Assembly (NCBI GenBank): GCA_900128565.1
Contig: LT635922.1
Coordinates: 1 to 51,380 of the forward strand
Source of the DNA: Stramenopiles sp. TOSAG23-6
Taxonomy: Eukaryota
Direction of reading: 5' to 3'
DNA length: 51,380 bases
Within the stretch, counting starts at the first letter, position 1; each line of letters starts with the position of its first letter. Under the pieces are notes generated by a model, which saw nothing but the letters and a program-made list of their open reading frames with translations, made no database searches and was not told the DNA's origin. Of this stretch, positions 1 to 11,800 are shown piece after piece. The position numbers were made by a program, and so were the translations under genes.

Positions 1-46
1 ATATCTTACTATAGAAGATCTATAAGGACAAAGATCACGCTCAGCG

Positions 47-2356
47 TTGTACACTTCTCCTGTGCACTTTACTCAATCTGAATTAGCTTCTCTTGATACT
101 GCTGAAATAAAAGCTGCATTAGATAGACAGAATCGTGACCAAAGTCGTAAACCATCCAATGGTAAACATAGTGATAAACATGTGGGAAAGAATAAAAAAT
201 GTGGTTGGTGGAAAAAATTGCTTGAAAAAAATGTAGATCCGATATCACTTGAACCATTAAGAGAATTAGAATATGCTCCTTTCTCATTATATGATACAAG
301 TTATACCGTTGAAAATGATTCAGCCAGTAAGAATAATAAACGAATACGACGGCATAGTCTCACAAATCCTTCCCCTGGTGAAAACCTTTTTGATGGTGCA
401 GAATTAGCAAACTTTTTGGTTACAACTGGTCACTTTATTAATCCTTTATCACGAACAGTGTTGACCCGAAAGGATTGTGTTAGATTAGATACATACCTTG
501 CGAATAATTCATTAAAAAAACGTAATGTTGCCCAAACATTTGACATTGGTATACGATTAGCAGCAACTGGTGGTATTAACATCACTTCTGGGGGAACTGC
601 ATCATCTCGTCGTGTTCAGGAGAATAATTCGGATTCTCTACGTCAACGTCAAACAGCTGCTTTGATATCGAGTATGTTTACTTTTGACAGGCCAAACGAA
701 CATTCGCGTAATAGAAATACAACGAATCCACGCTCTAGTGCGACTGTAGAAGATAATAGAAATCGTAATAACAATAATGGTGATGCAGGATTGTATAATT
801 ATAATAGAACTGTACAAGGAGAGGGGGGAATGACAATGGTTGATGATGATGATTGGCAACGAGATGATAGAATTGTTGGTGCTAGTGAAAATCCAAATAG
901 ACCTCAAAACTTTCCAGATTTTCCACCAATGCAGTCATCAACAAGTAAACCATCTAGAACTTTAATTGCAATGAAACCAATGTCATGGTCAAAGGTGAAA
1001 TCGGGTGTATCGAATGAAGGAATAAACAATGAAAAAAATATTGGTAATGCTGGTAAGGCAATTACTTTCTTTCGGCGTTCTGAAGCAGCTGAAAATTCTT
1101 TAGGTGACCGACGTCGACGAAAGCTTAAATTACTGCCTCGGTCATCTGAAACGGTACATAAAGATAGTTGTGGTACAAGTGGTAGTATATTTGGCACAGG
1201 TCGTCATCGTAGTGACGTCTTGGACGATAAAGGTATTGAATGGCGTGATACGTTAGAAGAAAAGTGTATGACAGCTGAGCGTGATCTTTGTCCTTATAGA
1301 TCTTCTATAGTAAGATATGCAGCACAGAACAGACAGTGGGTGTACCGTCTTGAAGCTAGGTTAACTCAATTTATCAATACACCAAGTAGCGTACGTCTTC
1401 TTGACCCTCCACTTGAGCCTATGAATAAGGAGAAACGTGTTGTGGTACATACAATATGTGAACATTGGGGTTTGCAAACTAATTCTGTTGATCATGGTAC
1501 AGCTAGATACATTGAAATCAGTAAAGGACCAGGTAATGCAAAACCTCCTGTTCTTTTAGCCACTGCTGCTGTTGTATTTGAATCAGTACGAAAGCTCATT
1601 ACAACTATGGAAAATAATAGTGGCAAATCATGTTTGTTTCAAACACGTGGACTTGGTTCTGGTATACTTCATATTAGTGGTTTGTGTGGTGGTGGTGGTG
1701 GACGGGTTTCAAACTCCCAATTACATGCTATACTATGTGGAAGCAAACTTGGTTGTCGACAATCTGAATATCATCTAACTTGGCTTGATGGAGAAGGTCG
1801 ACATGTACTTATTGAATTTGCCCAGAAGATACGCGCTCGCAAAGTTTTTGCTAAAATGTTAGATGGACAAATTGATGCAGGTGGTCGTGCAAGTCATATT
1901 CGTGTGAGTGTCGTTAACTTTTTAGTGCAATGGTGGGGTGCTGATGCTAAGTGGGCAATACAGCAATTGTCTGCTCAAAAATCATCTTATAATGAAACAC
2001 GTAGTCGTATAGCAGGACCAAGTATGTTACCAATGCAACAAGCAAAGTATAATTCTAATATTGATAGCAATGAAAAGGATCTAAGTAAATGGGGGGAACG
2101 ATCAAACTCTGTTGCTGCTATTGATGTGCCTAAAACAGGAGTCATTCCTGTGACGAAAGATGATAATCCTTGGAATCAGTTGTCCTCCTCTGAAGACGAT
2201 CAATTGGACGTTACCATTAGTAGTGAGCACAGTAATGAAATTATTTCAGAAAACAATGTAACCGGCCTGAGTAGTGTCAATATAATGAATGAAGAAAACG
2301 ACATGGAAGTGATAGATAATGAAGTAAGTTGGGAGGATATATACGATAAATCATAA
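47..2356 (+). CDS. R3H-domain protein, probably 5'-incomplete
   Basis: 769-aa ORF with an R3H motif (PMNKEKRVVVHTICEHWGLQTNSVD). It opens at TTG with no nearby ATG and has an in-frame TAA at 23-25, so an upstream exon is likely. Confidence 0.7.
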   Translation: MYTSPVHFTQSELASLDTAEIKAALDRQNRDQSRKPSNGKHSDKHVGKNKKCGWWKKLLEKNVDPISLEPLRELEYAPFSLYDTSYTVENDSASKNNKRIRRHSLTNPSPGENLFDGAELANFLVTTGHFINPLSRTVLTRKDCVRLDTYLANNSLKKRNVAQTFDIGIRLAATGGINITSGGTASSRRVQENNSDSLRQRQTAALISSMFTFDRPNEHSRNRNTTNPRSSATVEDNRNRNNNNGDAGLYNYNRTVQGEGGMTMVDDDDWQRDDRIVGASENPNRPQNFPDFPPMQSSTSKPSRTLIAMKPMSWSKVKSGVSNEGINNEKNIGNAGKAITFFRRSEAAENSLGDRRRRKLKLLPRSSETVHKDSCGTSGSIFGTGRHRSDVLDDKGIEWRDTLEEKCMTAERDLCPYRSSIVRYAAQNRQWVYRLEARLTQFINTPSSVRLLDPPLEPMNKEKRVVVHTICEHWGLQTNSVDHGTARYIEISKGPGNAKPPVLLATAAVVFESVRKLITTMENNSGKSCLFQTRGLGSGILHISGLCGGGGGRVSNSQLHAILCGSKLGCRQSEYHLTWLDGEGRHVLIEFAQKIRARKVFAKMLDGQIDAGGRASHIRVSVVNFLVQWWGADAKWAIQQLSAQKSSYNETRSRIAGPSMLPMQQAKYNSNIDSNEKDLSKWGERSNSVAAIDVPKTGVIPVTKDDNPWNQLSSSEDDQLDVTISSEHSNEIISENNVTGLSSVNIMNEENDMEVIDNEVSWEDIYDKS

Positions 2357-2404
2357 TAAATACAATATATACTTGAATGTTTATATTGACTATAATTTTT
2401 CCTC

Positions 2405-3238
2405 TTATTTTCCCCAGAATGAATTAATATCCATACATTCTGCATTGTTGACAGAAACATTTTTACGTCGAAACACAGTTAGAAATTTGGAGCCTCCATT
2501 ACGAGCTACTTTTATGCCCTCCTCTGTACAAGTTTTCACAACAGGGACTACTTTATCTGCGTCTATTTCTTCTTGGGTTAACTGCTCAAATGATGGATGG
2601 CGTACGAGAGCCGATTTCATCCAGTTATGCAACTCCAACACATCCGTTATTGTGTAGAGTAGTCCACCTGGTTTTAGCACATACGCGTACTCGGAGAGCA
2701 AATTGTCTGAGATAATTCTGCGTCGATGTTTCTTTTTCTTAAAGCACGGATCAGGAAAACAGAAAAACATTTTCTTGAGCTGTGCTTTCCGAAAATAACA
2801 AGGTAAATATTTCATAGTATTCGATCTCAGAACAGCAACATTTCTATACCCCCCTTTTGTACATTCTGATTCAGGGTTAGAACTTGAGCGCAACGACTCA
2901 ATGCGAAGTCTGACATATTCACAGACTTTCAGACGGATTTCCATACCAACTATCAATTCCTTAGGAAACAAAGGACCTAACGCTATAGTTAAACCACCAA
3001 AACCACAACCTATATCCGCGATCGTTATCTCCGTTGCCATATCACTTTTTTTCTGTCGCTTTGGAATCGGATTCGTGGAAGATGCTGTAAAGTATGAGGG
3101 ATACAAAGTAGAAAGTTTTATTTCTTCAGGAGTTTGAGGATATTCGAAGCTATCATTATAGCTCAAAGGGTTACAATGAGCACGACTACGAAAGAACTTT
3201 TTCTGTGGCATTGGTTTTGAAATTTCACATGACGTCAT
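2405..3238 (-). CDS. TRM8: tRNA (guanine-N7)-methyltransferase catalytic subunit
   Basis: MPQKKFFRSRAHCNP N-terminus, ADIGCGFGGL SAM motif, GMEIRLKV, FFCFPDP, LLSEYAYVL, TEEGIKVARN, all typical of Trm8/METTL1. Confidence 0.97.
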   Translation of the reverse strand: MTSCEISKPMPQKKFFRSRAHCNPLSYNDSFEYPQTPEEIKLSTLYPSYFTASSTNPIPKRQKKSDMATEITIADIGCGFGGLTIALGPLFPKELIVGMEIRLKVCEYVRLRIESLRSSSNPESECTKGGYRNVAVLRSNTMKYLPCYFRKAQLKKMFFCFPDPCFKKKKHRRRIISDNLLSEYAYVLKPGGLLYTITDVLELHNWMKSALVRHPSFEQLTQEEIDADKVVPVVKTCTEEGIKVARNGGSKFLTVFRRKNVSVNNAECMDINSFWGK

Positions 3239-3697
3239 TTTTCAGAAAGAATGATGTTATTGTACTGTTATTATACTATTTCACGGTAAGATGTATGAAT
3301 AGTAGAGGCGTGAACTCGTCGTAGACTCTAGCTAGGTTACTGTAGTATGCAACAATAATCTTAGCGAGAATCATTGACTGAAATCACACGCGTGCTGAAT
3401 ATTGTTGATGTATTTCGTGATTTTTTGTATGTTACCCGGTAATATTACTTAAACGAATCCTCTCGCACGATGCGCGTAGTGCTTTGCAATTTGCAAATAT
3501 TGCAACTCAGAAATTCAGAATTTATAGAAACACAGATATACCGTTGTTGTACAGCCTGCCTGGTTGGTTCGTCTTCTTCTACAGGTACTACTGCTCTCTA
3601 TTCACACTCTCCCCTCAAGATAATTAAAGTCAAATTTGAGAAGCATAGTATCTACTAGAACTGCAAAAATATTTCTAAAACACGATTTTAATACACA

Positions 3698-5122
3698 ATG
3701 ACAACATTGGCTTCTCTTCGGGTGCGTTTGAAGCGTTTGACACCAAGTCAACCTGTTGTTGAATCCTGCAGTAAAGCTATGATTGACCTCGCAAAAGTTT
3801 ATGACCCTAGTGAGATTTGTAGGGCTTGGATAAATGAGTTACATCGCGCAAATTCATCTCTATCTTTATCTTTTTTGTATGTCGCAAATGATGCACTTCA
3901 GAGATCTCGAAACATTATTCGTAAAGGTGGTGGAAGTGCTCGTCAAGTATCTGGTTTGGTAGAGGAAATTAAAAAAGTATTAAAACGTTCAATAATTATT
4001 GCACTTCGTGCAAATCCTTCAATAAAATCAAAAATCCACCGCACTTGCTCTATATGGGCGTCTCGAGATGTACTACCGCGGAAATTTGTTGATGAGTTAT
4101 TAGACGCTATAGACTCTTTTGTACCTACAGAAGCACGTTTGTCAGCGGAAGATGCTTTGACACCTCCAGGTTCTCCTGGACCCGCGCATCCGCTTTCAGG
4201 ATCTTATACTACCCGTATTAATCCTGAAGAGGTGAATTCAGAAGAAAGCGGAGATGAATACTCTGATAGTGATGCTGGAAGTGTTGAAAATGTCAGGGCT
4301 GGTGATGAAGACGATGAGGAGCGTCCGTCTTCTCCCATTCATATAGATGAAGATAATGATAATGACTTCACAGAAGTTGACCTTTCAAATAAGATAATTG
4401 AAACGTCAACTAATGATCCTCCTCTGGGTGGTGATGAAAATATTTCACCGAATATGTTACTTCCGTTAAGTGGTACTTTGTCTGAAGATACGGATATTGG
4501 TTATGCCCTTGGAAGACTTGCACAAATTGAGTTAGCTATAAAAAATGAAAAACAGAAATTAAAATTGTTGTCACGTGAAGTTGCAGAAGGTAACATACCG
4601 GAAACTGTCAAATTAGAATCATTATCCAAAGGCGAATTTTCAGCTCTTTCTGCCGAATGTGGAAAAGCATCGTCGTCTCTGAAGCTATTGAAAATTTATA
4701 TGGCCGAACGCGTTTTGCGTCGTAAAGCCGTGCTAGCTGCTTGTCAAAGTGCAATTATTCAACAAAAAAAATTTGCGGAAAAGGCAAGGAAATACGTGGA
4801 TTGTTGTGATGAAATTGCCGATGGACTTTCGACTCTTGCGTGTCAGCATCCAAAGCAGAAAGTATTATATTTGCTGAAACCTAAGAAGGAAAGCACACCA
4901 GTGTTTTCAAAGTCAGCTAGCTCTTTTATTGAATTAGATTATGCTAGCCTTGCTCTTGAAGCAACTCCAAAGAGCAAAAAATCTCCAATAGGAGAAGATT
5001 TGGCTGAGAAGAAGAAAACAAAAGTAGAAGAAGAAGGTGGTAGAATGGTTTGGAATCCTGCACTGCGAGAATATGTTGCTCTTCCATCTTTAGCTGATGA
5101 AGATGATTGGCGGGATAAGTAG
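3698..5122 (+). CDS. RNA Pol II CTD-interacting (CID/RPR) domain protein, RPRD/Rtt103-like
   Basis: N-terminal LTPSQPVVESCS...LSFLYVANDALQRSR...IWASRDV CID pattern, acidic linker, coiled-coil C-terminus. Confidence 0.8.
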   Translation: MTTLASLRVRLKRLTPSQPVVESCSKAMIDLAKVYDPSEICRAWINELHRANSSLSLSFLYVANDALQRSRNIIRKGGGSARQVSGLVEEIKKVLKRSIIIALRANPSIKSKIHRTCSIWASRDVLPRKFVDELLDAIDSFVPTEARLSAEDALTPPGSPGPAHPLSGSYTTRINPEEVNSEESGDEYSDSDAGSVENVRAGDEDDEERPSSPIHIDEDNDNDFTEVDLSNKIIETSTNDPPLGGDENISPNMLLPLSGTLSEDTDIGYALGRLAQIELAIKNEKQKLKLLSREVAEGNIPETVKLESLSKGEFSALSAECGKASSSLKLLKIYMAERVLRRKAVLAACQSAIIQQKKFAEKARKYVDCCDEIADGLSTLACQHPKQKVLYLLKPKKESTPVFSKSASSFIELDYASLALEATPKSKKSPIGEDLAEKKKTKVEEEGGRMVWNPALREYVALPSLADEDDWRDK

Positions 5123-5275
5123 TGTTACACTTTTTACCTTAATTCAGTCAAAGTAGAACATATTATTATTATATAAAGATTTACTACCTTATATTTATTG
5201 AATATACACTAATTGTGAGACGAAAAAAGAACTTCATACTATCTTTGAACCTATTCTATCTTCTAAAAATTTAAA

Positions 5276-5962
5276 TCAGATTGGTAAACAAGATTTCCCA
5301 CACGACCCAAGTATTGGAGTGCATATAGTTCTTACAGAACTCAAAAACATTTTACAAATAAATTTCATGGCCACAACACCACCTGGGAAATAGGAACTTG
5401 CATAAAATAGAAGTGCTGCAACCTGCAAACACGAAAAAAATATAACTGCAACATATTGACGTAGAATTAGAGATGAATAGAGCGTTGCCCCCATAGACAA
5501 AAAGTAAGTTATAGTAAATGGAAGACGCTCATAAGTAACAATACGTTGCAAGTGATTCCAAGGACCTTCAAGCATAGCAAATGCACTCATAAAACTGAGA
5601 CTACCTAAGGTAAAACTTAGTGCAAACTTTGCTGGAGATAAAATTACCATCGGCAAACCAACTGCAAAAGCAAGCACAAAAAATACTATAGATACTATAA
5701 TCAGTACAGTGAAAGCCTTCATACGATCAGTCTTCGACAATGTACAAAAGGCAAAACAAGCAGGGGGTGGGGGTTCGCTATTCAGCCCCACAGCTGTTGA
5801 TGCACGCTGTAATAAAGTCTGACCTTCAACGTCAACTTCTTTATTTTCTGTACTATTCGCGGTAGACCTCGGCCACCATGAACTTCCAGCATCTGGTGTA
5901 GAATCTAATGACTGTTTCTTCTGTTCATCAAACCAGTTTGTAAATGAACTGGAACCGCTCAT
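5276..5962 (-). CDS. SFT2: Vesicle transport protein SFT2/Got1 family
   Basis: Four hydrophobic segments, PAKFALSFTLGS and ERLPFT motifs, ASSYFPGG. First ATG at 5962 (the ORF track starts at TTG 5974). Confidence 0.9.
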   Translation of the reverse strand: MSGSSSFTNWFDEQKKQSLDSTPDAGSSWWPRSTANSTENKEVDVEGQTLLQRASTAVGLNSEPPPPACFAFCTLSKTDRMKAFTVLIIVSIVFFVLAFAVGLPMVILSPAKFALSFTLGSLSFMSAFAMLEGPWNHLQRIVTYERLPFTITYFLSMGATLYSSLILRQYVAVIFFSCLQVAALLFYASSYFPGGVVAMKFICKMFLSSVRTICTPILGSCGKSCLPI

Positions 5963-6252
5963 CCTATTCCCCAAAGAGCTGAAAAAGTACGACTACGCTG
6001 AGAAAAAAATGGATGAAGGAAGTGAATCTGATTTTTTTTTGTTTTTTTTAAATGCTAAGAGAGCAGGTTTGCGTTCTGATCTCAGATCAGAATCATCAAT
6101 CAAGTTCCTGCGCATCAGTAATTTAGAATCAGATTCTTCTTCATCCCCTCTTCTATAAATTAGATTTACACATTGGTTTTAAGTGAGTGGTGTATCTGTA
6201 TTCAACGATATAACTTTATCGACTTTATTCAAGTAGTTATTTTGCACGTAAA

Positions 6253-7070
6253 ATGAAGCGTATATTTGGAAGAAAGGCACCTAAGAAGGAAGAACCCCCA
6301 CCTCCTTCAATTTCGGAGGTTTCTGGTCGTGTTGATGGGAGACTTGGTACACTGAATGAGAAAATCAATAAGCTTGACCGTCAATTAGTTGTATGTATTA
6401 TATACTTCATAGTATTTAAGTATTTTTTTTAATTGTTTCTTTTATTTTTTGTTATTACAGATGCTTTGTGGAGGAGTTGATGTCTCAAAATTTAGACACT
6501 TTCACTGTTTTTTTCACAACACAGGACTTGAAGGGTAAAATGAAGCGCTCTCGTGGGGCTGCGAAGAATCGTTACAAAAAGCAAGCACTACAAGTTTTGA
6601 AGCGTAAGAAAATGTATGAAGGTCAGAGAAATAACCTTGAAGCCCAAGGTTTTAACTTGGAACAAACTAGTTTCGCCATTGAGACGGCACAGGATACAAA
6701 AGACTCTGTGGCTGCCCTAAAGCAGTCAACAGTTGCTCTCAAAGCCGCATTCAAAGAAATCAATATTGATGAAGTAGAAGATATACAGGATGAAATGGAT
6801 GATATCATGATGGACCAAGAAGAAATTCAAGAAGTTATGGGACGTGCCTTTGGTAACGTTGAGGATGTTGACGAAGACGAACTCATGGAAGAACTTGATG
6901 GACTTGAGGATGAACTAGAAATGGAGGATGAACTTGGTGTTGCAGGTGATGTGCCTTCCTACTTGGCGGATGAAATGCCAGGAGCTCCAAGTGGACCAAT
7001 TGCTGCAACTCCTGCAACAGAGCAACTCGATGAGTTTGGATTGCCTGTTGCTCCAGTAGCAATGCAATGA
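6253..7070 (+). CDS. CHMP5: ESCRT-III subunit Vps60/CHMP5; 2 exons (6253-6390, 6525-7070), about 227 aa
   Basis: Exon 1 MKRIFGRK...NEKINKLDRQLV, phase-0 intron 6391-6524 (GTATGT...ACAG), exon 2 KKQALQVLKRKKMYE...FNLEQTSFAIE. Snf7-family acidic tail. Confidence 0.92.
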
Positions 7071-7295
7071 AATTATTCCTTAAAAAAAAATAAATTTGAA
7101 ATTGACATTTTTCTACCCTAACCCTAAGCCTACGAACCCTACTACGGCAATTTCGCGAAAGTTTTAAACTTTTCTGTCGTCTTTTTCAAAGTACTATTTT
7201 TCAGAAATATTATGAAGTCACTGACTGATGCACATTATATGGTGAATATCTTGCATGAATTATTTGCATTCACCGTGTTGGAATAGTACTAATAC

Positions 7296-8735
7296 ATGTC
7301 GCTTACTCAAGCTGTTATTTTACGATGCTACGGTGTAAGTGGTTTTCAGGATTCAATTCGTTTGTACCGAACGTCTACCTGCACAAAGTTGGTGCCAGGC
7401 GTTGAAGTTTTATGGCACCGTCGAAGAAGCAGGCGGCGCCAAAATCGAGAACATAGAAATAATGTAAACCCCATAACTACGCTAGATTTTGCTCCTGCCG
7501 ATGATCGGTACCTTTTGGCTGGTGCAGTTGATGGTTCTATTGCTATCTACGATGTAGATTCACGTTATTCAACTTTCAGTACAAAGGATGGTAGTAGTGA
7601 GAGTAGAAAACGTAAGAGGGATAATAGCATACCATCACAAAATAATGCTTCGATTGGAACAGTGAAGAATAAACCTTTGTATCCACTTAGTCTTATAAAA
7701 CGGCAGTCAGAGTCTAGGACCAGAAGACGGCGTAATGTTTCCATAAATCACCATCAAGCCTGCATTACTTCTTTGCAATGGTACCCAGCCGACACTGGCA
7801 TGTTTCTATCTAGCTCTACTGATGGAACGGTCAAAGTTTGGGATACGAATGAGTGTAAAGTAGCAACCGAATTTAAATTTCCAAATACGCGTATTTTTAC
7901 TGCTGCTTTATCACCGATAGCTAGTCAGCATACGTTAATAGGTGTTGGTTCAAGTGGAAGTTCTTTACAACTTTGTGATCTTCTTACCGGTGGTGCGTCT
8001 CATATGTTACTTGGACATACATCACAGATATTGTCTGCCACATGGTCGCCATGTGAAGAATATGTTATAGCAACTGGTTCATCGGACCGCACTATAAAGT
8101 TATGGGACGTTCGTCGAGCTGGTGGTGATGCTTGCCTTTTGAATTTTGATATGAACGAGACTTCAGGAACAATTCAGTCACAGAATAGAAGTCGATATGC
8201 ACATGATGGTGCCATCACTGCATTGCGGTGGTTACCTAATGGTCAGCATATTCTAAGTTATGGAAATGATTCTCGTATGCGACTGTGGAATAGAAAAGGC
8301 TATAATATGCAAGCACATTATGCTGATACAGTGAATAATCAGAAAAAGGGAAGTGGCTTTGCTGTTGCGAGTCCAACGTCATCTATGCAGGACTCAATTG
8401 TTTTTTGTCCAAATGGATCTTCCATTCGAGGTTTTAATGTAATGAATCCTGAAGGAAACTTTAATGATGATGAGCCATCACAAATACAGTCATACTCTAG
8501 AATTCGAAATATTCGTAGAGGTACGAAACATTGGTTGGGTTGTGCGTCAACAAACGCAGGACCTGTGTCTTTTGGTGGTCATTTTGGTTCAGTCAACACA
8601 TTGGCTTGGCGTAATTCTTTACAAACATTATGGAGTGGTTCTGATGATGGCTTAATTTTGGCATATGAAAGTAGGCAAGACAAACAGATTACAACTGAGA
8701 CTGATAAATGGTCTTCCTCAGATGAGGAAAAGTGA
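7296..8735 (+). CDS. ERCC8: WD40 protein, Cockayne syndrome A / ERCC8-like
   Basis: RYLLAGAVDGSIAIYD, QWYPADTGMFLSSSTD, KVWDTN, WSPCEEYVIATGS and C-terminal DKWSSSDEE match the CSA family. Confidence 0.9.
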   Translation: MSLTQAVILRCYGVSGFQDSIRLYRTSTCTKLVPGVEVLWHRRRSRRRQNREHRNNVNPITTLDFAPADDRYLLAGAVDGSIAIYDVDSRYSTFSTKDGSSESRKRKRDNSIPSQNNASIGTVKNKPLYPLSLIKRQSESRTRRRRNVSINHHQACITSLQWYPADTGMFLSSSTDGTVKVWDTNECKVATEFKFPNTRIFTAALSPIASQHTLIGVGSSGSSLQLCDLLTGGASHMLLGHTSQILSATWSPCEEYVIATGSSDRTIKLWDVRRAGGDACLLNFDMNETSGTIQSQNRSRYAHDGAITALRWLPNGQHILSYGNDSRMRLWNRKGYNMQAHYADTVNNQKKGSGFAVASPTSSMQDSIVFCPNGSSIRGFNVMNPEGNFNDDEPSQIQSYSRIRNIRRGTKHWLGCASTNAGPVSFGGHFGSVNTLAWRNSLQTLWSGSDDGLILAYESRQDKQITTETDKWSSSDEEK

Positions 8736-8833
8736 TAATATAGGATATAGTATAATGAACAATTTTAAATTAATGTGAATAAAATGTTTTCCCGGAAAAG
8801 GCTTTTGCTAATTCATTTTATTTTAGATATTTT

Positions 8834-11800
8834 TTAAGAAAGGATTGGTTCGCCAATCGCTGTAAACGAGTCTCTCAACCAATCGCGAAAACCACTACGA
8901 TTTAGCCCTGGATTAGAAATATCAATATTACAACGATTCAATAGATTTTCTTCAATTTTGTGCTTCTGAATGGAACTCAATGGCATACAATCAGTATGAC
9001 GACAATATAAGGACGTGATAGAATCACACAATTTCAATAGTTTTGATGTTCGGACTGTGTTTCCTTTTTTAAATAAATTTGATGCATGCACTTTAGTTAG
9101 TATTTCTTCTAATGGTATATATTTCCTTCTTTCAGATATTTTTTCTCTTTTCTTTGATGTCTTATTCTTAGTATTTGATGCAAATTTCGCCTTTGAAAAT
9201 ATTTCTGTACATTGTAGTTGGTGTGGTAATCTTCGTCTTGGTTGAGGTGTCTTCGGAGGACGTAATTTCTTTGACGAAGTATGCGTGTTTACGACACTAT
9301 CTCTTTTCTTCTTCCGATAACCTTTGGTAAATAAGCGTGGTTGAAAACGACAACTTTCTACTTCTTTGTCTAACGCACATTTTTGTGCGATAGCTAGGCG
9401 TTCCTTTTTCTTTGCTGATTCTTTGAATAATTCATTGCATCGAGCAAGAATTTCACATGGAATACCTTTTCTCAGTTTTCGAGAATAATCTGATATTTTC
9501 GGATGAAATGAATACTGAGGTGTAGAAATAGAATGCTTATTGTATTTCCATAGCGCAGATCGCAAATCTATACCATCTGCTAGATTAACAGAATTGTTTA
9601 ATATTTTCTCAAATATATCCATAAAGTCTCTAAAATGGATTACATTATTTTTACTTTGTATCAGTGGCTGTAATAAGTCCGGTATTACTTTTCTTAATTT
9701 TTTAGGTAATTTTTCGTAATTAGCGGTAGTTACATTAAGTGTTATTGTCGACATCACGTCCATTCCTGCGTGGATTATACTTTTTGTACTTATATTCTTA
9801 TCGTCATCTTTAGAATCATGAGACTGATATACACATTTCATTGCACGATACCATCGAGCTCTATCAGCTGGAGCTAACATGTCGCCAAATATATATCGAA
9901 GCTGTCGTTCTAAAGAGTTCTTGTAAATATTTTTTGATTGCTCAGAAACAAAAGACTTCTCATTGACTGTTGTAGTAGTATTGAGTTTATGGCTCTCTAT
10001 TGGGGTACTATGAAGATAATTTCCGATTGATTTATGATGAGGGTTGTGATTGTTCAATGGTGAACGACCTCTGCGTGGATGATACAATATACGACCAGTT
10101 TTAGGATGTACTGCACCTTTCAGATATCGTAAATTTGCTAATTTATCTTCTGTATAACTTTGAGAATTATACAATCTTTCAAAAACTGAGTCATTTACAC
10201 CTTCCGCAGAAGTATTTATACGACCATGATCAATACAAAAATCATCATTTTGTTCGTGATTCATACTTTTCTCGTTGTTTTGATTGTTTTCATAAACAGG
10301 TATATTTTCTCTTTCGAATAGAACCGTGTCATCACTATCACATTCCATCACTGACATACTTGATACAACAGTATCAATATGATTATGATTTACATTAGGC
10401 TGAAATGAACATTCTGTATCTTTCAAGCTTGCTCTATCCATACGACGAATTTGGCGAGCTTCAGCTTCTCGGAATAATTCTGAATGTTTAGTTTTATCCA
10501 CTTGAGCAAGAGCGTTATTAAGAACTTTTATTGCTTCATTTTTACTAATACCAACAGATGTCAATGTGGATATCGCACGTTGCCGTTTTCTGTATTTCAT
10601 TTCATTTGATATCTCTTTGGATTTCATACAAATTTTAGGTTTGAAGGTACATTCTTCTAATTCTGACTTTTCTTTCAGAGTTCTACTGGATACAAGATTA
10701 CCATTAAAACAATCATGGTTCTCTTTTGAATTATATAAATTTTGACAGACATTACCGTTTCGTCGAATTTTTCTTGCATATGTTGTTATATTTGGTACAA
10801 AAGGACATTCTAGAATTTCTTTTTCCAATTGACGTTTCAATGCTACTTGAGCATCAATATTATGTCTAGCATTTTTACGTTTAGCATCATTGTAAAGGCG
10901 TTTACCACAATCAAATCCAATTCTTGGATCTTTTGACTTTTGTGTTTTTTTTATACTTTTCGGTTTTATTTTCGTTATTTTTCGAAGTTCTGTGGCCCAG
11001 TTGGTTTTAACGACAACACCACGTCTATTTTTTTTCTTTTGTTGATTTTGTTCAGTATTTATTCTATGTTGTGTCTGTGGTACTACTGATCTAGCATTGA
11101 CCTCATCCATTTTCTGTGCAAAAAAATTTGTTAGCACTGGTATTGCAGATGAACGTAATCGTTTACGTCGACAAAATTCAGTAGCCAATTCGTCTGGTTT
11201 GTCACCTGAAAATATCCTAACAAGACCATTTCGCCCATCTCCAATATTTACAGTAACTAAAAGAATAGGGATTGATTTACGTCTAGGTTTGGCGTGATGT
11301 ATGGGAACTTTTGTTTGATCCAACTTGACCACAGTACCTGTAGATGGTTTTGTTTCGGGTTCTTTTAAAAGTCTAGAATACAGTGAGAGTTGTTTCACTC
11401 CATTATTAGGACTAAGGGAAGAAGATATTGCAGTTTCATCATTGGAAAATACATTTCCTTTATTCGGAACAAATTTCCGATTACGTTTCTGATTCTGCAA
11501 GCTTTGTAAATGTGTATCAGCCGCTAATTCGACCATCTCTCGCAAGTCTTTATCATTTAACGATAATACGTGAGCCCGTGCCATAGATAGTACTGTATCA
11601 GATTGACGTGGTAATGGTTCGCTATAATAGTTTTCGTCTGAAATTAAATTCAACTCATTTGATGGATTATCGGGACTTGTAGCATCAACATAACTTATAT
11701 CCTCACCTGACATCTCTGCGAATGCTGACGAGTTTCCAATCGACTCTTCTCTTTTCTTTAAATTAGAAGCAGAGGGTAAATTAGAACGCAGATTTGTCAC

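Noticed and set aside
6468-6524. N-terminus of the 200-aa ORF as given by the ORF track
   Set aside because: It lies inside the CHMP5 intron; the real start is ATG 6253.
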